Shown: positions 30,122-39,745 of the stretch, one piece after another
How positions within the stretch are numbered: position 1 is the stretch's first letter
Layout: each line of letters begins with the position of its first letter
NCBI GenBank assembly: GCA_965224085.1
Contig: CBDCYI010000011.1
Span: 1,024,001-1,088,000, forward strand
Origin: Candidatus Marinacidobacterales bacterium
GTDB lineage: Bacteria; Acidobacteriota; Vicinamibacteria; Marinacidobacterales; SMYC01
Reading direction: 5' to 3'
DNA: 64,000 nt
Notes under the pieces: model-generated
What the model was told of the DNA's origin: nothing
Databases searched by the model: none
Seen by the model: only the letters and a program-made list of their open reading frames with translations
Made by a program: the position numbers and the translations under genes

Positions 30122-30927
30122 GCCCAGAAGAACCGGATCGTCTGCTCGCGCGTCTCGGACGGGGCCTCTGAACTCTTTGCCGTCTCGAGCGTCGTGAGTG
30201 AATAGGGGATGAGGCCGTCGGCGAGCGCGATCAACGTAATCGTCTTCTCTAGGTACAGCTCTTCGTAGAGCTCATTGACACTGACGCGGCCTGGATCCGG
30301 ATACGCGTGGACTACGAGCTCGACGCACTCGACCTTCGACGGCGCGGGCGTACAAGGGACCCAAGCGGAAGCGCCGAACTCGAGGAGCATCGGGAGCACG
30401 CGACCGTTAACGCGCGGGAAGGGGAGCTCGGACTCGACCTGGTACACCGCGCCGAGCTCGAGCTCCGTGCCGCGCCAGAACCCTGCCAGCCGGTTCCACT
30501 GCTCGGCCAGGCCGTGATCATCGGCCGGCTCGAGCGCGCGCAAGAACGCGCCACTGAGGGTAACGACAAAGCCTGTCGCCGAGACGCTCCTTTCCACCAA
30601 GAGGCCGTCCTCGTGCTCTCGAACGACAAGCTGGTGGGTTCGGGTCTCCTGTGACGTCGTGACGTCGACGCGTGCTGTCATGCCCGGCCGCCAGCCGAAC
30701 CTGAGCGGGACGATTTCCACCGTGCCGAGCGCTTGGGTGGCTTCGAGGTCGACGAGGCTCAAAGGCAGCGACTGAAGCCTGCCATCGAGCGCCGTAATGA
30801 CGACGAGCGCGTCGCGGATCTCGAAGCTCTCCACTTCGAGGCGGCTCCCGTCCTGGAGAACCATTACCGTTTGAGCGGCGCCGAGCGCGGCGCATAGGAT
30901 GGACGGAAGAAACAGCGCTTGACGCAT
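30115..30927 (-). CDS. Secreted hypothetical protein
   Basis: 270-aa ORF with signal peptide and host-like codon usage. Confidence 0.65.
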   Translation of the reverse strand: MRQALFLPSILCAALGAAQTVMVLQDGSRLEVESFEIRDALVVITALDGRLQSLPLSLVDLEATQALGTVEIVPLRFGWRPGMTARVDVTTSQETRTHQLVVREHEDGLLVERSVSATGFVVTLSGAFLRALEPADDHGLAEQWNRLAGFWRGTELELGAVYQVESELPFPRVNGRVLPMLLEFGASAWVPCTPAPSKVECVELVVHAYPDPGRVSVNELYEELYLEKTITLIALADGLIPYSLTTLETAKSSEAPSETREQTIRFFWAQ

Positions 30928-31024
30928 GAGCTCGATACGACATTCTACCGTGGGATCGTGGGAGGAAGACGGCTACGGCGTCCTACGTTTTGTCGCGGCT
31001 TACGAAACTATGTGGACGTAAGAA

Positions 31025-31564
31025 GTGAACAACCACCGCCTAGAAGGCGGTGGCTTCAAGGGCTGTCAATTGGAAATTGACTGTCGTCGTGAAGAGGCTC
31101 GCCATCCTGGGAGTCTATGTACTCCTTTACCATCTCGTCCGTTATGCTTCCTGAACTCACCGCCAGATATCCTCGGGCCCAGAAGTGCCGGCCCCAAAAC
31201 TTCTTCCTCAGGTGAGCAAACTCCTGAAGGAGTACTCGGGAGCTTATTCCTTTTAGCCACTGCACGATCGTACTCAGGTCCTGGTGTGGTCGGTAGGATA
31301 CGAACACGTGGACGTGGTCGCGTGCAACCTTACCCGAGATTATGTGCAGCTCATGTTCCATCGCGATCTGACGAATCAGATCGCGCACACGAACCGCTAC
31401 TGGACCGATCAAAACCTTTTTACGGTATTTCGGTATCCAAACGATGTGCGCTTTTAGGTCCGTTTTCGTGTGCGCTCCGTGCCTGTAGTGACGCACGCGA
31501 CCACAATACCACGATCTTCTCTTCGCCTAAAGGCGAGGGGTTTCGACCATCCCCGGAAGAGACA
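31025..31564 (-). mobile_element. IS200-type element (tnpA only, no tnpB); ends approximate
   Basis: Subterminal hairpins AGCCACCGCCTTCTAGGCGGTGGTT (right end, followed by GTTCAC) and CCCCTCGCCTTTAGGCGAAGAG (left end) on the minus strand. Confidence 0.8.
31056..31496 (-). CDS. tnpA: IS200/IS605 Y1 (HUH) transposase
   Basis: HIVWIPKYRK, DHVH, LKG.SS, FWARGY, catalytic YIDSQ. Confidence 0.95.
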   Translation of the reverse strand: MRHYRHGAHTKTDLKAHIVWIPKYRKKVLIGPVAVRVRDLIRQIAMEHELHIISGKVARDHVHVFVSYRPHQDLSTIVQWLKGISSRVLLQEFAHLRKKFWGRHFWARGYLAVSSGSITDEMVKEYIDSQDGEPLHDDSQFPIDSP

Positions 31565-33061
31565 CTAATTTCGATACTTTCCGAGGACCGGCCGCCCTGG
31601 AAAGGCGCCCTCCACGGTCATCCCGTCCCGCACGACGAAAGTGCCGTTCACGAGCACGTGCGGGATACCGTTGGCAAAGCTGAGCTCCTTGCCGAAATCT
31701 GCCGTGTCGATGATGGTGGCGGGATCGAATATCGTTAGGTCTGCGTCACATCCGATTTGAATGCGGCCCTTGAGCCGCATCCCGGGCGCTACCGGATCGA
31801 GCCGCTCCGCTGGCATTAGCGTCATCTTGCGAAGCGCGTCCATGAGCGAGAGAACTTTGCGCTCGCGCACATAGCGGCCGAGAACACGTGAGAACGTCCC
31901 TGCCGAGCGAGGATGGGCGAGCGGCGCGTAAGGCATACCGTCGGACGCGATCAACGTAAACGGCGCGCGCATGCCCGCGTCGATCCAGGCGTCTTTCATC
32001 ATATGAATGATGAGCGTCCCGCCCTCGGCGCGGTATTTGTAGAACGTCTCTTTGGTGAGCCGCTCTCCCGTGGCCTCCCACTGCAAGTCGCCATAGTCCA
32101 TTTCCCAGACGTCTTGCCATCCCTCGTCGAAGAGCGTCGATTCGATGCTCGTCGAGCCAGCGGTATAGGGATAGAGCTCGGTCGTGATGTCGAGGCCCTG
32201 CTCTTGTGCGGAGGCGATCATCTCGAGTGCAACATCGACTTTGCCGAGCGCCATGCTGTTGAGATGAACGATATGGAGCGAAGCCCCGGTCGACGCGGCG
32301 TTCGCGATGGCTTCCTGGATGGCCGGAATGTCCGGGTCCCGTACGTGGGTATAAACGGGGACTCCCGCCTTGGCGGCGAACGCGTAGACGCGGAAGATCT
32401 CCTGACGGGTCGCTCCCGGATAGTAGCCGACCGAAACGCCGACACCGAGAGCGCCTTCTCGGACGCCCGAGGAGAGCGTCTCGGCCATTCCGTCGAGCTC
32501 GTCGAGCTCGAGCGATTCGTAGCGGGAGGTGAAGGCCGGCTGCACGGCCTCGTCGAGCTCGGGGCCATCCAGGCCTTTCTCGGCGACGATGGAGCGGATG
32601 CGCGCCACGTTCGACGCGTATTTCTTCATGTCCATGAAGCGCGTCCCGCCGTGGGAAACGGTCGCCCCGAAATTGAGGATCGCGTTGCCACGGCGCGATT
32701 CGATCCATTCCTTCAAGAACCGAACGCCGCTTTCGAGCTCGAGCGCCGTCGTTACGCCATCATGCGCCTGGTATTCGTTCGCCGCGTTCGTCTGGCCGTG
32801 CGCGTGAAGGTCGATGAACCCGGGCGCCACGACGAGCCCGGCCACGTTCACGACTTCGGCGGCGGACAGACCCTCGGAGCTGATCTCGACGATGCGATTG
32901 CCCCGGATGCCGACGTTGCGCACCGCGTCGAGACCGGTCTCCGGATCCATGACCCGGCCGCCCTCGAGCACGAGGTCGTAGCTCTCTTGAGCGCCAACGA
33001 GCGTGCACGAAAGAAGAAGGAATGTTGCTAAGAGATACTTGATCATTCGCGTCGTTCTCAT
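31565..33061 (-). CDS. Secreted amidohydrolase (N-acyl-D-amino acid deacylase-like)
   Basis: PGFIDLHAH, YPYTAGST, IASDG, HPRSAGTF, GRIQIGCDAD. Confidence 0.88.
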   Translation of the reverse strand: MRTTRMIKYLLATFLLLSCTLVGAQESYDLVLEGGRVMDPETGLDAVRNVGIRGNRIVEISSEGLSAAEVVNVAGLVVAPGFIDLHAHGQTNAANEYQAHDGVTTALELESGVRFLKEWIESRRGNAILNFGATVSHGGTRFMDMKKYASNVARIRSIVAEKGLDGPELDEAVQPAFTSRYESLELDELDGMAETLSSGVREGALGVGVSVGYYPGATRQEIFRVYAFAAKAGVPVYTHVRDPDIPAIQEAIANAASTGASLHIVHLNSMALGKVDVALEMIASAQEQGLDITTELYPYTAGSTSIESTLFDEGWQDVWEMDYGDLQWEATGERLTKETFYKYRAEGGTLIIHMMKDAWIDAGMRAPFTLIASDGMPYAPLAHPRSAGTFSRVLGRYVRERKVLSLMDALRKMTLMPAERLDPVAPGMRLKGRIQIGCDADLTIFDPATIIDTADFGKELSFANGIPHVLVNGTFVVRDGMTVEGAFPGRPVLGKYRN

Positions 33062-33067
33062 TCGCGT

Positions 33068-34855
33068 CTACTCCACGATCGTCAGCCAGCTGAACCAGAG
33101 CGGGTGCTCGGTTTTGTACCATTGAAGCGCGTCTCGCAATATCTTCTGCTGGTCCTCCGAGATGACCTCGGGCGGGATGCGATCGAATCGTATACGTATA
33201 TTGCCACCGTCTTCGTGGTCGAGAGCTTCCGAGCACAATGTCTGGAGCTCGTTGCGAATGCGCCCGGAATCCGAGATCCGCACAGCGCGCTCGCGAAAAT
33301 TCTCACCACCGAGAAAGCGCGTCAACAAGGGATTGAAGACAAGACGCGCGCGCTTGCCGTCTTCTAAATTGCGGAGGGTGAACTGGATCGTTTTGCGGCC
33401 TTTGCGCGTCGCGAGTGCGACCGTCACCCGATAGCGGCCACCCCCGAGATCCACGACCTCGGGAGCGCCGCTATAGGGATCCAGGCACATGTAGCCGCAC
33501 GCCGCGAGCACACGCCAGCGCCGCTCTGGAAAGAAATCATCGGCGCGCACCACCGAAGTGTCGAGTGGAAGCCCAGCGTCGCGCGCCGCGCGCACGGCGT
33601 CGCGATAGTCGACGATCATCTTGTCCTCGATCGGCTCGCCCGCGATCTTGCGGAGCTGCGCTCCGAATTCTTCCGCTTCGGGATCGAGGCGCATGACGGC
33701 GCGCTCTTTCTCCCAAGACATCCGGAATCTCGAAGTCAACACCGTCATCGAAACATCGAGGCCGAGCACGGGGGCGAGGCTCGCGGCTTGCATGGCTTCG
33801 GCCGAGCCCGCATAGCCGTCGACGAGAAAGACATGCGGCTCGCCGGCGTCGTCTTTCCATGCGCCGATTTGATAAGTAGGAGCATAGCTTCCCGTATCCA
33901 CGAACGCTTCGCGTCCGTTCGGAAGCCGATAGCCGGCCTCGACGAGATGGGCCCCCGCTTTTTCCCATTGATCCCAGAGCGTCCCGAGGCGCTTCGCGCG
34001 CGTCTTTCCCGCGAGCGTCCATACGTGGACGTTCTTGCGTTTGATGCCTGGATAGGTTTGTTCGATGGCCTCGACGACTTTGCCTCGCTCGGTCCGGTAG
34101 TCGATGAGCGTCGCGCGCTCGGCGGCGGTCTCGACGACTTCTCGAGGCAAGAGTAGCGTCCCGACATAGCCTTCGTAGGGACGGCCGATACGTAGCGGCT
34201 GATCGAAAAGGTGCAGCACCGTCATGGGCCCGGTCTTTTCGCCTTTGGCGAAACGCGAAGTGTTCTCTAGCGTGTCGATGGCGGCGCTCCAAATCACGAT
34301 GCCCGAGCGCTGGCTCTCGTCATAGAACGTTTCGAAGTCGTATTCGGGATCGTTGATGAGCTTCTTGACGTGCTCGTCGATCCACTTGGCAACCTGGGGC
34401 CGCGCGTAGACCCGGCCGAAGCCGAGCTGTGGGTTCGAGCCCATCTCGGGCGACTCGCCGAGCTTGGGCATGAGACCTTCGCCGAGCGAGACCATGATCG
34501 CGTGGTTCTCGGGGAGCTGGCGCGTTGCGTACCAGAGCGACTCGCTCATGGCATAGGCCGAGATCGCGTCCGCGTCTTTTTTGACTTGGTTGAGCGCGGC
34601 GTTGTCGAGCCCTTTTCCTTCGCCGTAGCGGCCGTAGAGCTTGGTTCCGAGAGCGGTGACGGCCGCCGTCATCGCGATGAGCGATTCCATGCGCGGCGGG
34701 AGAAACGAGAACCGGGTCTCGGGCTCCCGGCGGCGCTCCTCGCTAAGCTCCACGTCCTCGAGCCAGAGATGAAAACGCCCCAAGATTGGGCTCGTGTCGA
34801 AGGCCCATTGGGCGATGAGATTTCTCTTGAGTCTTTGCTGTTCCGTCGATTTCAT
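33068..34855 (-). CDS. Divergent GlpX-like (class II fructose-1,6-bisphosphatase fold) protein with C-terminal extension
   Basis: Motifs in GlpX order: KKDAD..S..AM, VSLGEG, IDTLENT..FAKG, GY, GSAEA. Confidence 0.6.
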   Translation of the reverse strand: MKSTEQQRLKRNLIAQWAFDTSPILGRFHLWLEDVELSEERRREPETRFSFLPPRMESLIAMTAAVTALGTKLYGRYGEGKGLDNAALNQVKKDADAISAYAMSESLWYATRQLPENHAIMVSLGEGLMPKLGESPEMGSNPQLGFGRVYARPQVAKWIDEHVKKLINDPEYDFETFYDESQRSGIVIWSAAIDTLENTSRFAKGEKTGPMTVLHLFDQPLRIGRPYEGYVGTLLLPREVVETAAERATLIDYRTERGKVVEAIEQTYPGIKRKNVHVWTLAGKTRAKRLGTLWDQWEKAGAHLVEAGYRLPNGREAFVDTGSYAPTYQIGAWKDDAGEPHVFLVDGYAGSAEAMQAASLAPVLGLDVSMTVLTSRFRMSWEKERAVMRLDPEAEEFGAQLRKIAGEPIEDKMIVDYRDAVRAARDAGLPLDTSVVRADDFFPERRWRVLAACGYMCLDPYSGAPEVVDLGGGRYRVTVALATRKGRKTIQFTLRNLEDGKRARLVFNPLLTRFLGGENFRERAVRISDSGRIRNELQTLCSEALDHEDGGNIRIRFDRIPPEVISEDQQKILRDALQWYKTEHPLWFSWLTIVE

Positions 34856-34890
34856 GCTTCCCCGAGGGAGAGTTATATCAGCTTCGCGAC

Positions 34891-34919
34891 TTGACGGAAA
34901 AGACGAGAGCGCCTAACCT
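34891..34919 (+). promoter_or_regulatory. Putative sigma70 promoter of LMF operon
   Basis: TTGACG-N17-TAACCT. Confidence 0.45.
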
Positions 34920-34955
34920 CCTCGCTTTGAACTACATGACGCTCGAAAGCCGCGC

Positions 34956-36491
34956 ATGAGCGACCAAGAGCTCTTCGTCCAGGACGCGCCCTCTTTCTGG
35001 GATCGCCTGTGGAGTTCCGAGACCGGCCCAAGCTATTGCATCGCGCGCTTTTTGATCCTTCGCCTTGTCGGGGTCGTCTACTTCATCGGATTTCTGACGG
35101 TCATCGATCAAGGCTTACCTCTGCTCGGGAGCGACGGACTCACGCCCGCCGCGGACTACCTCGGCCGGATCGAGAACACGCTCGGCTCGAGAAGCGCGGG
35201 CTTCGTGCAGCTCCCGAGCATTTTTTGGCTTCGCGACTCCGACCGCTTTCTCGTGCGCGTGGCCTGGCTCGGCGCGGGCGCGTCGCTCCTCGTTGTCTTC
35301 GGCTACGCCAACGCGTTAACACTCGCGTTTCTCTGGTTTCTCTACATGTCCTACGTGCATATCGGCCAAGTCTGGTATGGCTTCGGTTGGGAGATCCAGC
35401 TATTGGAAACGGGCTTTCTTGCGATTTTTCTCTGCCCACTGCTCGATGGCCGCCCGTTTCCCGCGCGGCCGCCGCCCGTCGTCGTCATCTGGCTGTACCG
35501 CTGGCTCATCTTTCGCATCATGCTCGGCGCCGGCCTCATCAAGCTGCGGGGCGATGCTTGCTGGACGGATCTGACCTGTCTCGTCTACCACTACGAGACG
35601 CAGCCCGTCCCGAACCCACTGAGCCGCTGGCTCCATCTCATGCCGCTCTGGTTCCACAAGCTAGGCGTGCTCGCAAACCATCTTTGCGAGGTCGTGGCGC
35701 CGTTTTTCGCGTTCGGCCCGCGCCGTGCGCGCCATGTCGCCGGCGTGCTTCTCGTGGGCTTCCAAGCGATGCTCATCGTGAGCGGGAACTTGTCGTTTCT
35801 GAACTGGCTCACGATCATCCCCGCACTCGCGTGTTTCGACGACACGTTTTTCGCGGGGGTGATTCCCGACGGTTGGAAGCGCCGCCTTACGAGGCTCCAG
35901 CGCGTCCCCCATCACCGCGCCCAGCAAGTGGCCGCGACAGCACTCTTCATCGTGGTCGCGTTGGGAAGTATCGGACCGGCAGCGAATCTACTGTCCTCCC
36001 GCCAGATCATGAACACGTCCTTCAGCCGACTCCACCTCGTCAATACCTATGGCGCTTTCGGGAGCGTTGGGAAGGAGCGCTACGAGCTCGTCTTCGAGGG
36101 AAGGGAGGAGGGAAGCGATGCGTGGCGCGCCTACGAGTTTCCCTGCAAGCCGACACGCGTCGACCGACGCCCCTGCGTCATCACGCCGTATCACTACCGT
36201 CTCGACTGGCTGCTCTGGTTTGCCGCAATGGGCCGCGTGCAGCAATACCCATGGGCCGCCCACCTCGTTTGGAAGCTGTTGCAAAACGATCCCGGCGCGC
36301 TGAGCCTACTGATGTCGAATCCTTTTCCCGACGCCCCGCCGCACGAGATCCGGATCGATCTCTATCGCTACGCGTTCACGCCCTCCCGGGAGGACGCTTG
36401 GTGGACGCGCGAGCGGTTGAGGAGCTGGATTCCTGCAACGAAGCTAACCGACACGTGGATGCAGGAATTTCTCAGAAGCCAAGGCTGGTAA
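34956..36491 (+). CDS. Lipase maturation factor (LMF1)-family membrane protein
   Basis: GWEIQLLETGF, FRIMLGAGLIK, HYETQPVPNP, SGNLSFLN, NTYGAFG, PYHYRLDW..WFAAM. Confidence 0.92.
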   Translation: MSDQELFVQDAPSFWDRLWSSETGPSYCIARFLILRLVGVVYFIGFLTVIDQGLPLLGSDGLTPAADYLGRIENTLGSRSAGFVQLPSIFWLRDSDRFLVRVAWLGAGASLLVVFGYANALTLAFLWFLYMSYVHIGQVWYGFGWEIQLLETGFLAIFLCPLLDGRPFPARPPPVVVIWLYRWLIFRIMLGAGLIKLRGDACWTDLTCLVYHYETQPVPNPLSRWLHLMPLWFHKLGVLANHLCEVVAPFFAFGPRRARHVAGVLLVGFQAMLIVSGNLSFLNWLTIIPALACFDDTFFAGVIPDGWKRRLTRLQRVPHHRAQQVAATALFIVVALGSIGPAANLLSSRQIMNTSFSRLHLVNTYGAFGSVGKERYELVFEGREEGSDAWRAYEFPCKPTRVDRRPCVITPYHYRLDWLLWFAAMGRVQQYPWAAHLVWKLLQNDPGALSLLMSNPFPDAPPHEIRIDLYRYAFTPSREDAWWTRERLRSWIPATKLTDTWMQEFLRSQGW

Positions 36492-36492
36492 C

Positions 36493-37248
36493 ATGACGAC
36501 GATGCGTAGCCTATTTTTTGGCGCGGCGGCGGCCGGGGGTCTCGCGATTCTCGCCGCCTGCGGAGACGACGCCGCGCCTGCCGCCCCGAGCTCCACGGCG
36601 CCCGTCTCGACGGTCGCACCGAGTGGCGCATGGTTGCGGCTCGCGAACTTGAGCGCGGACCTTGCGAGCGCCGAGGTCCAGCTCGACGGGACAACGTTGC
36701 GTCCCGCCATCGCTTATCCCGTCGTGAGCGGCTACCGGCCGATCCAACCGGGCACTCATCGCCTCCGATTCGTGCCGGGCGGGAAATCGCCGATCGATCC
36801 GAGGACGGTGGAGCTCGACGTCAAGTTCACGGTCTCGGCGGGCGGGGCGCGGACCGTCGTCGCTGCGGGCCTCGTGGACACCCGCACGCTGCGGGTCGTT
36901 GCGCTAGAGGACGACCTCACCACGAGCCCGAGCGTCGTCCGCATCCGCCTCGTCCACGCGATGTCCGACTTCCCAACGCCCCTGGAGCTTTGGTTGCGCC
37001 CCGATACGCCGCTCGTACGACGCGTGGAGTTTCTCGTCGCGAGCCCATATCGCAGCGCCGAACCCGGCAACTATCCTTTGGAGGTCCGGCGGGCGGACAC
37101 TGAAGGTCCACTTCTGCCTGCGATCCATCAAGGCCTCGCGGGAAGCGCCAGCTATACGGTTTTCGCCTTTGGCACGCTCCGCCAAACCGATTTGGATGCG
37201 AGGCTCGTCCTCGACGCGAGCCTCGGCGCCCCGACGCTATACCCCTGA
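36493..37248 (+). CDS. DUF4397-like lipoprotein
   Basis: LAAC lipobox; two repeats starting LRLANLS / IRLVHAM. Confidence 0.75.
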   Translation: MTTMRSLFFGAAAAGGLAILAACGDDAAPAAPSSTAPVSTVAPSGAWLRLANLSADLASAEVQLDGTTLRPAIAYPVVSGYRPIQPGTHRLRFVPGGKSPIDPRTVELDVKFTVSAGGARTVVAAGLVDTRTLRVVALEDDLTTSPSVVRIRLVHAMSDFPTPLELWLRPDTPLVRRVEFLVASPYRSAEPGNYPLEVRRADTEGPLLPAIHQGLAGSASYTVFAFGTLRQTDLDARLVLDASLGAPTLYP

Positions 37249-37545
37249 ATCGACGCGCGCGTGCACGATCTCGAAATGTCGGACTCGCTCGTCGAAGCTG
37301 GCGAGAAGCGCCCGTGCGTCCGGCGGGACGACGGCTGCCTCCGGATCATCCCCCGCGAAACGGCGGATCGCGTCCATCGAGTCCCAAAGCGTTACGACTT
37401 GAAACGCGTGCCCGTCGCGCAACACGTAAGCGCCTCGATGCCCGTCGATTTGACGGATCTCGGGAAGAATCGTGGACTCGAGGTGGGCGAGGTAAGCATC
37501 TCCGCTGTCAGGGCGGGACGTGCCGGACCAGGTTCTCGCGATCAT
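37237..37545 (-). CDS. Antibiotic biosynthesis monooxygenase (ABM)-like protein
   Basis: MIARTWSG...TLWDSMDAIRRFAG.D...AVV; AGGAG RBS. Confidence 0.85.
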   Translation of the reverse strand: MIARTWSGTSRPDSGDAYLAHLESTILPEIRQIDGHRGAYVLRDGHAFQVVTLWDSMDAIRRFAGDDPEAAVVPPDARALLASFDERVRHFEIVHARVDSGV

Positions 37546-37609
37546 AGTAGCTCCTGAATCGTTTCCATGGCGTCGAGAAGATGCACTTGTTCGGATAGAG
37601 ACATGGCGG

Positions 37610-37794
37610 CGAGGTTTCATGGTCCCACCGAGCCTTACGCGATCGTGAGCGCGGGGTTCGGGGTGCATTGGGAAGAGGGCAAGCTCACGACCGCGGTCAA
37701 GGTGACCAACCTCACTAATGCCGAAGTCCAGCATCATGTCTTCGGCGACATCATCAAGCGGCAGATCGTCGGCGAGTTGCGCTTTCGTTTCTGA
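37610..37794 (+). pseudogene. C-terminal remnant of a TonB-dependent receptor
   Basis: VKVTNLTN.EVQHHVFGDIIKRQIVGELRFRF ending in Phe; no N-terminal part. Confidence 0.55.
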
Positions 37795-37841
37795 CACGCG
37801 CTGCCCGAGAGGTAGAATCCGCTCAAGTGGAGGCATATCTG

Positions 37842-38279
37842 ATGAGAATCTTTTGGCTCGTTTCTTTTCTCATGACGTCGAGCGCGACCGCTCAGCAAAT
37901 CGAGCGGAAGAACCCGGAGGGGATGACGCAGCCGACTGCCTATAGCCATCTCGTCAAAGTCGGGAATTTGATGTTCCTTGCCGGCCAGGTGGCGCTCGAC
38001 GGGGAGGGCAACGTCGTTGGGGAAGGCGATATGAGCGCGCAGGTTCGCCAAGTGCTCGAGAACATGAAGTCGGTGCTCACTTCCGAAGGTGCCGATTTTT
38101 CGAACGTCGTGAAGATCAACATCTTTACGACAGACATCGAGGCCTTTCGTGGCGCCGCTTCTGTGCGCCGGGAATATTTCGGGGGCCATCCTCCGGCGAG
38201 CACGCTCGTTCAAATCGAGCGGCTAGCGCGGCCGGTCTTTCTCGTAGAGATCGAAGCGATCGCGGTGGCTCTGGAGTAG
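37842..38279 (+). CDS. RidA/YjgF-family protein with signal peptide
   Basis: YSH..K.G...F.AGQ, PASTLV, LVEIEA. Confidence 0.88.
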   Translation: MRIFWLVSFLMTSSATAQQIERKNPEGMTQPTAYSHLVKVGNLMFLAGQVALDGEGNVVGEGDMSAQVRQVLENMKSVLTSEGADFSNVVKINIFTTDIEAFRGAASVRREYFGGHPPASTLVQIERLARPVFLVEIEAIAVALE

Positions 38280-38324
38280 CAGCTAGTCGTCGTCGAAGCC
38301 CGCAGCTAGTCGTCGTCGAAGCCC
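38279..38324. repeat. 23-bp tandem duplication of the 3' end of the YkgJ gene
   Basis: gcagctagtcgtcgtcgaagccc x2. Confidence 0.9.
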
Positions 38325-38761
38325 GCGACGTGGTCCCGGCCTCGGAGGATGGTTGTGATTTCTTCCTTCTTGAAAAGCCGTCCTTTGCCGATCCCGGGGC
38401 AGAATTTCTTCTCGTATCTCCACGTGTTCGGCGCCTCGAGCGGCGTGTAGCCGTCCAGGGGCAGAAACGGGTAGGTGCGGCACTGTAATGGCCGCGCGTC
38501 GTGGACGGTGCAGCGTCGTTGGTCCAGGAAGCGGCAGTCGCCGTTTTCGACTTGGGCGAGCTCGAGCTCGCCATAGTCGCTCGTCGTGTACTCCATGACA
38601 AAGGCACGGCTCGTCATGCCGAGATGTTTCGCGAGGCGCTCGATATCCTCGGGCTCGAGAAAGACGCTCCCTTCGCGGTTCTCTCGCGTGCAGCATTTGC
38701 CGCAATCGGGCTGACACTCGAAGCGGAGCCCGCGCCGAATCCAAGTGAGCTCGTCGCTCAT
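38306..38761 (-). CDS. YkgJ-family cysteine-cluster protein (CxxxCxxCC)
   Basis: FECQPDCGKCC, CRFL...C.V...RP.QCRTYPF, CPG. Confidence 0.88.
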   Translation of the reverse strand: MSDELTWIRRGLRFECQPDCGKCCTRENREGSVFLEPEDIERLAKHLGMTSRAFVMEYTTSDYGELELAQVENGDCRFLDQRRCTVHDARPLQCRTYPFLPLDGYTPLEAPNTWRYEKKFCPGIGKGRLFKKEEITTILRGRDHVAGFDDD

Positions 38762-39695
38762 TCGGGAGGGATGACGGGAGGGATGGCGCCGCGGCGCTCG
38801 GTGATGAGGCCGTAATGCTCGATCTGTCGGTTCTTCTCGAAATTGAAGAGCGCACGGTGGTTGTGTGCACACAGGTCGAGGTCGCAGCGCGCGGTGATGA
38901 GCTCGTCACCCTTGGTCGAGGCGACGGCGACGATCTCGCCCGATGGCGCAATGATGGCGCTTCCGCCGATGAGCTCGCAGCCTTCCTCCGTTCCGGCTTT
39001 GGCGACGCCGACCACCCAGGTGTTGTTCTGATAGGCGCCCGCTTGCATGACGAGGTGGTTGTGGAAGTGGGACAAATCGTCATAGATGGGCTCCCACGGA
39101 ATGCTCGAGGGTGTGTTGTAGCCGAGGAGGATCATCTCGACGCCCTGGAGCGCCATCACCCGGTAAGACTCGGGCCAGCGCCGGTCGTTGCAGATCATCA
39201 TTCCGAGCACACCACCCATCGTGCGCCACACGGGGAATCCGATATCGCCGACAGTCAAAATAGCGTTTCTCCAGATGTTGGAACGCGAGATCAGGCCGGT
39301 TGTCGTCGTGTCCCGGTAGATGAACTTTGCGGTATTTGCCGACGAAATTGCCATCCCCGTCGACGAGGATGGATGTGTTGTAGTGGCGTCCGCTTACGAG
39401 CTCGGCGAAGCCGAGATAGAAGCCGAGGCCGAGGGCTTTCGCTTCGTCGAAGAGTGGCTGGGTCGCCCCGGACGGCATCTCGCGCTCGAAAAAGGCGTCC
39501 ATCTCTGCATCGTCGTCGACCCACCACCGGGGAAAAAACGTTGTGAGTGCGAGCTCCGGGAAGACGACGAGATCGCACCCGCGGGTCTTCGCCTGGTGCA
39601 AGAGTGACGTCATGCGCGCCACGACTTCGGAGCGCGTCTCTTCCCGCGCTGATGGGACCGAGCTGCGCGCCAGAAACCGTCAGAAACCGGCTCAT
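38758..39695 (-). pseudogene. N-carbamoyl-D-amino acid hydrolase (nitrilase superfamily), two frameshifts
   Basis: AQLGPI / VFPELALTTFFPRW, YRKVHLPG, HLEKRYF / ICNDRRWPE, GYNTP spread over three frames. Confidence 0.88.
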
Positions 39696-39745
39696 CGAGA
39701 TCTCCTCTTCCTTTTAGCTCCGATGCATCGCAGCGAACGCGTCGT

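Noticed and set aside
38279-38324. 23-bp direct repeat as CRISPR or att site
   Set aside because: Two abutting copies with no spacer; simple tandem duplication
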